The translations under genes were made by a program, and so were the position numbers. Below, piece after piece: positions 22,601 to 35,869 of a stretch of DNA of 64,000 nucleotides. The notes under the pieces were generated by a model, which saw only the letters and a program-made list of their open reading frames with translations, was not told the origin of the DNA and ran no database searches. The stretch's first letter is position 1. Every line of letters begins with the position of its first letter. Source of the DNA: Podarcis erhardii (lineage: Eukaryota); assembly GCA_964252035.1 (NCBI GenBank), contig OZ176203.1; one strand, 5' to 3'.

Positions 22601-24904
22601 TGGCCCCTTCCAGCCCCGCTATTCTCCAGGAGTATACATAGTCAAAAGTGTCCCCCCCACCACCACCATTTACACAAAAACGTACCCTTACATTCCATGT
22701 TAATTGTTTCAGAATAACTAAGGTTGCAGTCATAAACACAGCTGCCATGGAGTAAGTCCCATTGAACTCAGATATGTTTCTGTTAAGACATGCTTAGGAT
22801 TGCACTGCACAGCCTTAAGCAGCACTCTTCCACTTCCGCACTAATTCTAAACTGTTTATTGGCTTAAAATGTTCCCTTGAGATTTATTACAGTTGAAAAG
22901 GTTAAATTATCATGCAGGCATGATACTCAAAACACCTTTTGAACTTTTTACTGCTAAGAGAGCAGAATGTAAAATTAATCCTTGTAAATGAGAGCCACAT
23001 ATTTCAAGTTTCTCCCCTTCTTCATCCATTGTTGGTTATAGTTACTTACATGTATTTACTTCCTTGTGAAACATGTCTATGAACCTAGCAGTGTTTATAT
23101 TTTTCCAAGTAGTATTTAAGAGGTGTGGTCTGCTAGTCTGTTTTTTGTATCCAGGGTCTACGAGATTAGTGTATTAAATTTGATTCTGCAATCAAGTCGA
23201 TATACAAAGTGAATGTAAATCTTACTCCAGCTAGAATGTATATTCAGTTGTATCGTTTACAATGCAGTGGGCATACACTTTACATGTTATTAAAACTAAT
23301 CAATTCCTCACCCCATCGTTAGTTATGAGGGACTTCTTCACAAGCAATACCATCTTGTAAACTTTTTTATTTTGTATTTTTGTTTACTTATATTGGAGTT
23401 AGGTTTATTTCCTTGCTGATTGTGCATTATGAATCCAGCTATATGAATCAGCTATATGAATCCAGCATGCCTATCCCACACCACCACCACAACAGCAAGG
23501 CAATCCTGCATAAAGTCTACTTATAGGAGAGCAATAGATTGTGTTACTGGTCTTGGATAAAAATTACACAAGCATCATGCTAAGGATAATGTGCACACAA
23601 ATGTTACACACACACGTTCTAATAGTGTTTTATTAATGTGTTTTAAAAGGGAGAGAGAAAAGATTTGACACTGCATTCCCAAAACATCACTGTATGTTAA
23701 CACAGTACAATCCAGTTAACAATAAGCACTTTTATTTCTATTGATTTTTGCCTACAGGTCTGCCATTGAATTCAGTAGGGCTAAAAACCTTGGTTGGATC
23801 ATATTCATATAATGCAGTGAAAAAGTGAATAAAATAATAACCTCCAGGAGAAATAGTGAAAATCTTTCATCAACATAGTCTTCATAAAATAAATGAGGAT
23901 TATTTGTACAGCAGGGAATACAATTAAAATGTTGTAGGAAGCTACATCAGACATAAAATAAAACCTGCCAGCAGGCTAATGTATATCATATTGCTACTTC
24001 AATAAAATGAAGAAAGCATCTGGAAACCATAGGGGAAATGTTAGGCTCTAGTAACAGCAGTTGCAAACAGTTAATTTAGGACCCTTAATTATACTGAGTT
24101 AAATAAAACCACCCTAGAGTTGAGCCAGGCCGCAGTCCTTTACAGTAGACATGCCTAGGATTGTACTATTAATTAACTTTTAGAACTTGAATGAACAATC
24201 CCCTATCATTATTAATTCAAAGCTTTAACTAAAAGGAAATCTGTTTTTCTTCATTGAAAGATGCAAGGGCACGAAGAACAGAATCACTGCAATTTTTTAA
24301 ATTTTAATTTTATACAGTAATGTATATGAAAAATAGAATTTGTGGGACTTTTGTTAATAGTTCTGATATATATATATATATATATGAGAAAAGTTGTCTT
24401 GGAATGCTTTGTTTATTCCCATTTCCATAGAAACGGAGACTGAGTCTGCAAACATGGGGTGCCTTGTTTTAAATAACCACCATATAGTGATTATTTTAAA
24501 CTACTTGCTTTGTTTCAACTAGCCATGACATTCATTTCCATAGAAACAGAGCCAGAAATGGCAGCTGAGTCGTTAAAACTTTTGGGGGGAAGATTTACTT
24601 GGTGTCAAAGTGCAGGGAATGAAGTACTTTAAAATGGTCTCACTGGTGAGAAACTTCTGTAATTGGATTCAGACAAACAGAAATTTATCAGGCAAAGGAA
24701 GAGACTGAGATATTTAAGAGAGTTGAAGGCATATCAGCAATCTTAAAAAAGTAGTGATAGACCTCCATAACTTAAAGTGCTATTACAGTCATGGTGAGCC
24801 TGGCTGTAAATTTATCTATAATCTACATTTTCAGGTTCCTCATGTTTTTCTGACTGTTGCCTTAGAAAGAAAAAACCAGACAGTATCAATTTCATTTGTG
24901 TTAA

Positions 24905-25025
24905 TATTGATTAAGCAAAGGTTGGATGGTCATCTGTCATGGATGTTTTAGTTTAGATTCCCGCATTGCCAAGGGTTGGACTAGATGACCCCTGAAGTCC
25001 CGTCCAATTCTATGATTCTATGAAA
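24905..25025 (+). mobile_element. CR1 LINE 3' end
   Basis: GGGTTGGACTAGATGACC...CC..TCCAATTCTATGATTCTATG, the canonical (ATTCTRTG)n terminus. Confidence 0.8.
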
Positions 25026-25067
25026 ATGTGACATGAGTTTTAAGTTGGAAGAAAGGGATTGAGAAAG

Positions 25068-25255
25068 AGCCAGTGTAGTATAGAAGGTAGACTAGAAGCT
25101 GGGAGACCCAGGTTCGAATCTCTACCTAGACCTCACTACATGACTTAGTCATTGTCTCTAAGTCTACCTGGCAGGGTTGCTGTGAGGATAAAATGGGAAG
25201 TATTGTGTACACCACCTTGAGCTCCTTGATGAAAGGTGGAATATAAATGTAATAA
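25068..25255 (+). mobile_element. Old tRNA-derived (MIR/CORE-like) SINE
   Basis: AGTGTAGTATAG...CCCAGGTTCGAATC B box, GTTGCTGTGAGGATAAAATGG core-like block, AT-rich tail. Confidence 0.55.
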
Positions 25256-25429
25256 AGAATAAAACATAGACATAATATGAAACTGCTATTCTGATTATGT
25301 TTTTATTAACATTTATAGACTGCCCTAAGAGTTCTTAGGGTGGCCTACATCAACAGCACAATATAAAATTCAGTAGGAAGGAAAATTTAAAACTGCATAA
25401 AAACTTAGTTGCAGAATTTAAAAACCGCT

Positions 25430-25430
<1 letters not shown>

Positions 25431-25473
<43 letters not shown>

Positions 25474-25890
25474 TTATTATTTGTACCCCGTCCATCTGGC
25501 TGGGTTTCCCCAGCCACTCTGGGCGGCTTCCATAAAAACCAAAAATACACTAAAATATCACAGATTAAAAACTTCCCTGAACAGGGCTGCCTTAAGATGT
25601 CTTCTGAATGTCAGGTAGTTATTTATCGCTTTAACATCTGATGGGAGGGCGTTCCACAGGGCAGGCGCCACTACCGAGAAGGCCCTCTGCCTGGTTCCCT
25701 GTAGCTTTGCTTCTCGCAATGAGGGAACCGCCAGAAGGCCCTCGGCGCTGGACCTCAGCATCCGGGCAGAACGATGGGGGTGGAGACGCTCCTTCAGGTA
25801 TACTGGGCCGAGGCCATTTAGGGCTTTAAAGGTCAACACCAGCACTTTGAATTGTGCTCGGAAACGTACTGGGAGCCAATGTAGGTCTTT
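25431..25890 (-). mobile_element. Young 5'-truncated L2 LINE with (TAA)14 tail
   Basis: Open frame LHWLPVRFRAQFKVLVLTFKAL...RAFSVVAPALWNALP...FRRHLKAALF is the characteristic L2 ORF2 C-terminus, running to its stop at 25558. Confidence 0.92.
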
Positions 25891-27099
25891 AATAAGAGAC
25901 AAGGGAAATGAAAAACATTGTGTTTGCCTGGCATGATTGCATGCAGAGCTATCATGCAGGGTTCTTGGTAGCAAAGAGGCCTATGTGTGTAGCCTTTCTG
26001 GTGTAGATGTTCATATTCAATGCATGGACATCAGAGGTTACTGTTGACATCTGTCTGTCTCAGGAGACAATGGAGGAGTGTGCTTTGGGGGTGAAGTCAA
26101 ATCGTTGGGGAGTTACAGCACCAGTTGTGGCTGTAGAAACCTCTGTGGGAGAGACGTGAAGGGACTAAAGTAAAAATATACACTGGTATCATTATAAATA
26201 CACACCAACTATTACCAAATAGTAACACAAAGCATTTAGAGGCTATATTGAGAGGTGCTGAAGAATTGCAGAAGACTATACTACTTGTCCAATACTAACT
26301 GCAACTATTAAGAATAAGTTGTACAAACTATTAAGAATAGTTGTACAAACTTGCAGTACTTTATTAAATGTTGGTAAACTGTGCAAATGTATCTTCAGCA
26401 TCACTTGCATCAGCAGTCTCCAACGTCATCACGGCCATTGCCACTGGTGAAGGATCATTACATGTTACAATATACATACCTGAAGTGTGTTAATTCTTAC
26501 ACAGAAATGTTTTCATGATAGGAATTTAAGTTTCATTTCAAAGCCGGGAGTATAGGGTTTTGTTTTGTTTTTTCTTGAGCAGAAATTATGGCTTGTGCTT
26601 GTATGTATCCTGGGGAAATGCAGGTACACCTTGCTTCACACAGTATGGTTCCCCCCCCCCCCCAGTCCTCATCACCCTATTGGAAAAACTCTACACCACC
26701 AACTGTGAAGTGTTGTGCCAATGTTTTTATTTCACCATGAGTGACAAAGCAGACCATGTTCTGAGAGTGTACATTGATACTAGGAGGCGAAATAATACGT
26801 GACTCTCCTGTGCTTTCTATCCAGCATTTGCAATGCAATTTATAGATAACATACTAAGAAGTTTAATGGGAAAAGGATTGCAGCCCTAGTTCCATTTTCA
26901 CCTGCTTGCTGGTGCACAATGCAATCCTATATATGTCTACTCCGAAACAGGCTGCAGTGAGTTCCAAGTGGAGTTTCGCCCAGCCCTTCCTAGGAAGGCC
27001 CTTCCTAAACAAATCCGTCAAGGTAACCTACTGAGCTATCGAGGCTGATAAAGATAAACCAGTTGAGAACAAAAGAATAAGTATAATAACATTCACACG

Positions 27100-27523
27100 T
27101 GCGCACCAAAACCACAACCTCCCCAGACGTTTGACGCAGAAGGCTTTAATTGGCGGCGTCTTCTGTCTGAAAGTTACCAGATCCTGGTCCTCGCTTTCAA
27201 AGCAGCAGCAGTCCTCAGAATGGCTGTGGCGTTTTCCTTTTATTTATTCGCTGCTGTGCTAAGTGCCTTCCGTGCTAATCTTGCAAACTTTTGGGGAAAA
27301 GTTGAGGGGCGGGAATGGTAAAGCGGAGAGAGAGAGAGAGAGAGAGAGAGCGCAGACAGGAATGAGGCTGAGAGGGAGCAGGTGATGTATACTAATCGGG
27401 ACGAGGGCTGGGAGGTGCTGCGTGGTCGGCACCCAGCGACTGGCTGGCTGGCGTTGGCTTTTCGACGCCAGTGCCAGCGGCGGCTCTTCCCTTTCGCTGC
27501 CACCCCTGCGCGCTCGCTCGCGC

Positions 27524-27569
<46 letters not shown>

Positions 27570-28150
27570 CGCCTCATACGCACTTCACTTTTCCAGCCGG
27601 GGGCCAGTCAGTGCTCGCTGAGAGGGACTTCCTCTTCAGGGAAAGAAGCTGCGCGGGGACTTTTCCCCTTTCCCTGTCAGGAGCCTTGCCCTTTCCTTCG
27701 CTCGCTGAGGCGGCGGCGTCCCCATTCCCAGGAAGGACAGGGACGCACACTCTTTCTTTCTTTTTCTCTGTCTGTCTCTCTTTCTCGGCTGGGGGCCGGA
27801 GCCGTCATGTGACCGGCTTGGGCTGCAGGGACCCCGCGTCATGAGTGAACTGGAGGCTGCTGGGCAGCATCCAAGCCGGCGCCAGGTAGAGCTCAGGCTG
27901 CCGCTCAGCCTCCTCTCCTGCCTGCTCCTGGTCTGGACCAAAGAGATCGCGGCGCTGGCGGACTTCTCAGGTAAGGGCAACAACCTCTGCGCCGGGTGGG
28001 CTACTGGCCAGCCCCATCTCAGCAGCATCGCCGGGCAGGGCGGCCAGCAGGCAGGTGGGCGCGGGCAGCAGCAGCGAGGGGAGCCTCCCTCTGAAACGGG
28101 CTGGGTGGTTGAACAGCTGGCATATAGGCACACTGCAGAGACGGCGGTTT
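27100..28150 (+). promoter_or_regulatory. EVA1C CpG-island promoter / first exon region
   Basis: CpG-rich; inverted CCAAT (~27148); tandem GATA sites (~27044-27056); (AG)n and (CT)n(CA)n tracts; GTCATGTGAC E-box at 27804-27813; boundaries approximate. Confidence 0.75.
27841..27970 (+). CDS. EVA1C: EVA1C coding exon 1 (signal peptide)
   Basis: MSELEAAGQHPSRRQVELRLPLSLLSCLLLVWTKEIAALADFS resembles the human QHP..RRQVE...KEISALTDFSG segment; donor TCAG|gtaagg; 130 nt, phase 1. Confidence 0.9.
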
Positions 28151-30768
28151 TCCTTTTTCTTCACCTAAGGCAGGAAATTCAACAGGTACCTGATTCCTCC
28201 TGCACAGAATTCTGTACAAAACTTTGTTCCGTAGTGCAGCTACTTAAGGCTCTATTGGGGGGAAGGGAAGATAATTTCTAATACAAAAGTATTTATATAT
28301 TTTGCTTAATGCTTAAACCCATGCTCAGCTTATTTAGTTTTTTGCAATCTGATTCAGGAGGGAGAGAGAGAAGGGTTTTTGCCAGGTGAACACAAAACAT
28401 TTCCAAGAAAAACCAACTTCATTAAAGATCTTGAACTGATAATGCTTTTGAAGTCCATTACCAAAGCTGCCAGGTGCTGTACATTAGCTAGGGTTGCTAT
28501 ACTCATTACTTGGAGAATCCAGTGTCTCTTACCATAGGCAAAGTAATGTTCTGCCCACCATTTAATCCCCACAACCAACACCTATGGAACTGGAAGTGTA
28601 GGTGAGTTCCCAATGAACCTGAACCAAGATCCATTTCATTTTATAAAAGGGAGTACTGGATGTGCTTCATTGGTAGACTGCATGCTGTGAATGAAGATGA
28701 ACTATCTGGAATGCTTAGCTGCTGCGGTATAGAAAACCCCCATATTGTCAAATATTGCTGCCTACATCATTTTGACAGCTGAGCTTGTGCCAGCACCGGT
28801 ACATGGGGCCCATAGGGATGGGATGCAGTGAATGAATACATGTGACCCCGAAGAAATGACCAGATGCATGGTGTGCAGCTGCTTGCTTAGGCGTGTGTTT
28901 GCGAGGCTTTAGGTAGCTCAAGGCCAGGAAGGAAGGCTGCAGCCTAGAATAGTATCACTGTAAGTGGGTGCAGGTTCATGGCTAGACTAGAATGGCTCAT
29001 CAAGGGTAGAGGATGTGCTTTGAAAGATTTGCCATGCAAGCTTAAGAAAGCTACATTCATAAGTAAATGTCCTGGAAGATATAGTCTGCAGGAACCCAGA
29101 CCAAAGGCACATATAGACAAGATCATGGTGTATGAATTATTTGCTGCTGAAAACTCTTCAGAACTAAAGTAGTCAGAAAGCTTTAAAAACCAACAAACAC
29201 ATCAGCACAGAACCAAAGAATGCTATTTTAGTACTTGCTGTTGTGTGCAGAATGAAAACTCTAGCCAACTTAAGAAACCTAAACATGAAACAAGGCAGAA
29301 ATTATTTTGAATTAATTTAGACTGAAATAGCATCATACTGATGATCTTGTATATGTGCTCTATGAATTATAAAACTTTGAAATTGTGAATAGCATTGTTC
29401 TAAGCATATGATAGAATTGTTATATTGACATTATTGCCCCAATTTAGATACAATGATATACGGTATGTATGTTCCTCTGAGTCGCTTTCAACTCTACAAT
29501 TTTATGACTCTTATGTTTAACTGAGTTACCTGAATTGTGGATAAATAGATACAGTACTCAATACTGTACATGGTTTGCTCAGAGGTCAGTCACATTGAGT
29601 TAAATGAGACTAACACCTAAGTAAGTATGCGTAGGACTACTGTGTTGATCAAGTGAAAGGTTAAGGTGTTTAAACTGGGGTTGGGGTTTCACAGCAACTG
29701 GAACACTTAAAACACAGCAGAGGAATAAGGCATTCAGTACTGTTTTGGTGGGACTTGCTGACAAATAATATTATTATTACTATTACACCAAAACAGGCTT
29801 CTAGAGAAACCATTAGCACGGCTTAAGTGTAGCAAAACTCAGACCTCCACTATGAAGCCAAAGGGCAAATATGAGTCAATGGGAATTCAAAGATTTTCCT
29901 CACCCACACACAAGCATTAAAAAAGATCCATGTATTAACCCTGTAGCCTTGAAAAGGAACACAACTTAATCAAGACTGCTAGATCTGCACAAGAAATGGA
30001 CAATAAGAACATGGTTCTTATTCTTCCCCTCTCCCCTGAAAGTAACATTACAGCATTACAAGGCTTTGGTAATTAATAAGTACCTTAAATAAAATATAAA
30101 AGAGAAAGCATAAGAGACAGCCTAGTGCCACTTTTCAAGATTTAGTCTCTGCCTTGCTATGCTGTAGGCAGCTTTTTAAAAAATTACTCCTATGATCGGA
30201 GTTTCCTAGCTGGTTGCCAGAATTATATTTATGGCCTGCATTGGCAATCTGGCAAACCCTGAAATGAATGGGATCAAAGTTAATTGCAACTAGCTTGATT
30301 TCAATGGGATTTAAGCCTAAATTAAGGGCCAAACTAGATGTGATCCGTGCCACATAATTTGGCTTTGTGTAGCTGCTTTTTGTTTAACAAAATTTTCAAT
30401 AGGAACTTTCCTCCCATTGCAAATAGCAAGCAAAGATGGAGGCTGATTCCTATCATGTCAGGGTTAAAGCCAGCTCCCCTACCACAATGCCATGGCCCCA
30501 ATCCAGCTCAGCCTTCACCCTGGGCTATTTGTTAAAAATAAACTGCACAAGGCTACTGCTACATGGCAAATATTACATGTAGTTCTTTTGTACTGAGCTC
30601 TGTAAAAGCTGCAGAACTACTTGAGCCAGTAACATAAGGTCTAATGATGGACCAGTGCAAATTTGAATGTGAAATGATCCCTTGCATTGAAAGAAAGGTT
30701 ATCATCATTTCCTTGAGCTACAACCTCTATACATGCAATACATGTAAGACTGGGTTGTAAGTCTTTAA

Positions 30769-31133
30769 AAAGGTAAAGGACAACCCATGACAGTTAAGTC
30801 CAGTCGCGGATGACTCTGGGGTTGCGACGCTCATCTTGCTTTACTGGCCGAGGAAGCCGACTTTTGTCCGCAGACAGTTTTTCCGGGTCATGTGGCCAGC
30901 ATGATTAAGCCGCTTCTGGTGAAACCAGAGCAACGCACGGAAACGCCATTTACCTTCCCACCAGATTTATCCCACCTATTTATCTACTTGCATTTTTGGC
31001 ATGCTTTTGAACTGCTAGGTTGGCAAGAGCTGGGACAGAACAATGAGAGCTTACCCTGTTGCGGGGATTCGAACTGCCAACCTTCCTATCGGCAAGTCCT
31101 AGGCTCAGTGGTTTAGACCACAGCGCCACCCGC
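30769..31133 (-). mobile_element. Sauria SINE, variant subfamily
   Basis: Reverse complement of the Sauria SINE head and body; 3' region differs from the plus-strand copies (CCTTTACCTTT tail retained). Confidence 0.9.
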
Positions 31134-31307
31134 ATATTACTTGCATCTAATTCCAGGATAGAGAATATTGGATATGATCCAATATTCCAACACCAGGATA
31201 TGATCATAAACTATGATGCTATGCTGGCATGCATTGCAGGGTATTTTATTTGGCACTGCACATGGATGTACTAGAGTAAATACTCATAAACAATGTGCCA
31301 AGTTTTT

Positions 31308-31309
31308 TT

Positions 31310-31361
<52 letters not shown>

Positions 31362-31363
31362 TC
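31308..31363. repeat. (TTTC)n microsatellite
   Basis: Visible directly in sequence. Confidence 0.95.
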
Positions 31364-32577
31364 CAATAGGACTCTGGTTTTGAAGTGCCTAAGGTTATAG
31401 TTCTTGGAAACAATCTCTGTTTAAATTAGTGGAACTTACTGTTCCAGCAGGGCAGTCCTATGGTCCCAGTATGCTGAGTAGCCACTAAACTAGGACTAAC
31501 ATTGACATAACATTGTCATGAGCCTATGCCAAACCAGCAGCAGAGTCAACACCACAACAATAACTTGAGCAACAAACGCTTAATGTAGCAACATTGACCA
31601 TAGTAACCTATGTAATACCCCCATAGTAACCTTAGCAACTCCACAACCAACTACTGATGACATCCTCATGTTATCCATGTGCAAGGGCACCCACCAGAAT
31701 GCAGCAACCACATCCTCGCCTTATCAAGTATACACAAAGTGCAGAAGCATGCTCCAAGGAGTAGACAACTGCACAATCTATGGCCTGAATTGCCAGGAGG
31801 AATGTGTGTAGAATACAGAGGTTCCCCAGAAAAAGAGTTCAAGTCCTGCTGGGGTGCCAATGATTTCATACACATGCAATTTTAATGTTGCACAGAGCAT
31901 GTACATGTGCACACAGACACATGGAGCTGAAGGAAGCCTATAAGTGGGATCTAGGAAGTTGGTCAGAATTAAGAGGGTAAGTCTGAGTCAGTGAAGATTG
32001 TAGTAGCCCAGGCAAAGTCCCAGCCTGAGCAGAGAAACCTTACTATTAAGGCAAATCAAAGGCCAGCCTGGATGCTTGGAGCTCATCCAGTACCTGCAAT
32101 TGCTTTATTGTTGTGACTGGAGGGGGAAATGGTGGGTATGTGAGGCATTTTTTGTGGGCATAATGCTATGCCATCGGGGCTTTTTTCATCAGTTCCTGCA
32201 CCTTTCAGGTGGATGCCATTGCCATTATAAGAGAACAAGGAAGGTGCTCATGGTGAGTTCTGGCACCTCTTTTCCTATAAAAATAGCAGGGTATGCCATC
32301 ATAATTGGTAGGATCAACCACTGAATGAATATAGGATTCTGGCTAAGGTTCATTTCAGCCTCTCTCCAGTGGCCTCTCAAACTGCGAAGGAATCACTACA
32401 CAGACATTATTTACTGACAGCATAGCTCTGTGGTTTAAGAGCTTTGAAGTATCCTGTACTACCCAGGGGGCATAACTTGAAGTTATGATTGCCTGAGGGC
32501 ACTCTCAGGCTACTTATTATAATGTATAGAGACTCCCCTACATCAGCGGGGCTATTCTGAAGTAAAAATATTGTGAC

Positions 32578-33675
32578 CAGCAGCTTAATGATTATGGAAA
32601 TCAAATACCTGTTCCTAAACTATGTACATGCTTGTTCACACATTCTCGGTTAGGGGGTGGAATTCAGAGTTTTCACCCTGCAATAACTGTTGACTTATAG
32701 GGAAAATAGATACATATTTATAGAGAACACTGTTTATGTTTAAAATAAAATGATTTGAATATGAAAATTTCTATATGTACTTGGGGGGGGGTGAGTGGGG
32801 GAAGGAGGGAGGGAAGTCCTGTTGCAAGTGGAAATCCTGGCACTGACAGGGTGGTGACTTAGCACTGTACGTATTGGATACAAGCCAGTTGCTATAATTG
32901 AAAAAGAAATAGACCTTACCACTTTGAGGAAGACTGTGACTAGGTCACTCAGTCTGCTTCAAGCCCCTGCTGTCCCTCCCTTTAACTCAGACTTGGACAT
33001 GGCAGCCCTTAAACAGAGGACTGTCCTCTGTGAAGTAGGACATGTGGCCACCCTAATAGCATGCTCAGAAAAATACAGATTGCATTATCAAACTCAAATC
33101 AGCATCTAGACTACATTTTGAAATGGGATACTTACTGCACCAACTATTTTGTGATTGGATTTCATGGGAAAGTCTTCCGTTGACTGCTATGAGCTGGTAA
33201 ACGCTGTAGGCCTTGCCGCAAGGTCCTCCTGTATATGCTGTCCTTCCGAAGGCTGCAATCTGCAGACCCATAACGTGATGCATGTTTGTTCGGATAAAAA
33301 ATGGTGCGTAGAATTATTGAAGCATTGATCTGTTCAGCAGGAATTAACCTTCGTTATAAGAGAGATAAGTTATGCCCCAAATAGGCATACAAGTCTTTCG
33401 GTTATAAGATTTTTAAAAAAATACATAAATGTAATCCTTAGTTTTAACCAAGCAGAGTTAGAAGTCAAATACTCTTTGCCTCTTAAAGAATTACAAGCAG
33501 CATTACAGTATTATAAATATTTAGCATCTAAAGTTTCTGACCTGCCTCAAACTTTCTCTTCCTTTTTCAGCAGCAGAGGGTAGATTTTCATAAGCTCGGC
33601 TGAGTTTGTGAAAGCAAATCCTTTTAAAGAGACAGTCTCTAACAATGAGTGCAGTTAGTGATACCAAGTGTCATT

Positions 33676-33739
<64 letters not shown>

Positions 33740-33960
33740 ACACATGAACAGCAGCTTAATGATTTTGAAAATCAAATACTTGTTCCTAAATTATGTAAAT
33801 GTCTGTTCACATACTCTCAGTTGGAGGAGGGGGTCCAGAGTTTTCATCCTGCAGTAACTGTTAACTTATAGGGAAAATAAATACATATTTCTAGAGAACA
33901 CCATTAATGTTTAAAATAAAATGATTTAAATATGAAAAAATATATGTACTTGGAGGAGGG
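32578..33960 (+). repeat. Local ~215-bp direct duplication (32578-32795 and 33749-33960)
   Basis: Colinear alignment by eye, e.g. CAGCAGCTTAATGATT...ACTTATAGGGAAAATA...TGTTTAAAATAAAATGATTT...TATATGTACTTGG. Confidence 0.9.
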
Positions 33961-35869
33961 AAAGCGGGGGACATATGTGTGTGTGTGCATGCACACATTT
34001 TTTGGTTAAGAAAAACTGTAAAACTTCATCTGACAGCAAAATCCTTAGGTGATGCAATGAACCTGTACTTGGAAAAAATAAATAAAAATTACAGTTTGAG
34101 AAATTCAAAGAGTTAATCAATTGTGGAACAGTTATCTGTAACAGGTTCCAGTAATGAGAGATTAATGGTGCACATAGAGTTGGGGGGAAAAAACCTTGCT
34201 TAAGCCCTTTCTTCTCTGCACAGATCTTGAGCTTTCAAATTAAGATTATCAAGTGGCATACTTTCCTGGGTCGTTGATTTTTCCACTCTATGTGGTTTTA
34301 GCATCAGTACTGTATCTCAGCAGACTTGGTACTGGACTCCCCACCCCAACACTTACCATCACCACTCTACAAAAAATTATTTGCCTGCTATGACAGCTGG
34401 ATGAAATGATTGCAAATTTAATTACTTTTGCTCACCTTTGAAACATGCGAAGTTCACCTGTTAGCCTGAGCTGAATGTGGTTCATGTATTAAAGACAAAA
34501 TATCCACTTTTCAGAGGCCTAAGGAACAGATACCATTTACATCACCATTTGCAAAGGATGTGTTAAACAAGACTATTTAATACTGTACAGGTTGTTGTTG
34601 GCGTGTCAGTTCAGAAGATTGAACACATTTTTAAACAGCAGAAGTTGATACAATAAGTTTATCGCTTTCTTTCTATCTCCAAGGTTGCAAACTGAAATTG
34701 TAATTGAAATCATTGTTACTTAGAGTACATTTTGCATTCTGATCCTAAAACATTGATTAGAAGTAATCCCTGAAGATTTAAATCGGTTTTCCTTTCAGGT
34801 TAAGCACAATTAAGGCCAGTTTTTTCTTCCTTTGTGATTTCCACATAAACATACTTCGGAAGTTCTGCTGAAATTTCTAGGCTCCATTTCCAAGGATATG
34901 TGTTTAGGGGAAAGTATCTCTTATAATGTTTGAAGGGATGTATATGGTTGTTAGGCAGTTTATGACTTACAGCAGCTGCCCATCTCTGTACCTGTGATGC
35001 ACAGGTCATATTCTGCCAGTGTTTTGGCAGTTTTTCTATAGATACTGATCTCCATGAATGAAAATGCGATCTATGAAGTTACATAGCACCTTTACTTGCA
35101 GAATCTACATAAACTACATCCCTGCTAGTTGTGCATTCATATTCTTACTATTAGGTTCCACCCAGCTTGTAAAAAATGTACATGTGTCTTATAAGAGGAT
35201 CATCTTTCTTGCAGTTTGCACTTTTTTGAAAATCCAAGTATCTAACAATTCAGATATTTCTTTTAAAAAAAACTGGAGAAAGAAAGCTGGATTCAGATCA
35301 GAAAAGGGCTGACATCATATGCATGCAAATAATGAGTACTATTATTCACTATATTTGAATTCCAAAGAAACAAAGATCCATATGTAATCCATACATCTTC
35401 ATTATTTGTTGCTATTATAAGAATGCATCCCATATGTGCCAGGAATTACAAAATAGTGTACAGATCTCCTTTGAAATTTTGTTTCCCATTTGTTGTAATA
35501 ACTGATTTGATGTGCTTCCACGTTTTTGAAACAAGAATGAAATGGTAGAACATTGAGCAAATGCTTGATTCTTAGCCGTTTACTAAGGCTGCAATAATGT
35601 GCACACGTAACTGAAATGAGTGGGACTTACTTTTGAGTTAACATGCATTGGATTGCTCTGTAAATGCGGTTTGTTTGTTGAACTGGGTGTTTTTCTCTTT
35701 GATCCCATGCCACTAGTCATCTCAAGCACTACAACTATTGCTCTGTGACTCCCATTCATTTCAATGGGACTTCCTTTTGTTTCTTGGGAATACATTCCTC
35801 TGCTAACTTTAGCGGACACCACTCTGGCAAGAGAGACACATATTACGTTCCTGTGCAGAGGCAGAGAAA

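Noticed and set aside
27240-28281. Multiple ORFs around EVA1C exon 1, including the 146-aa read-through ORF
   Set aside because: GC-island and microsatellite shadow frames; EVA1C homology ends at the 27970 donor.
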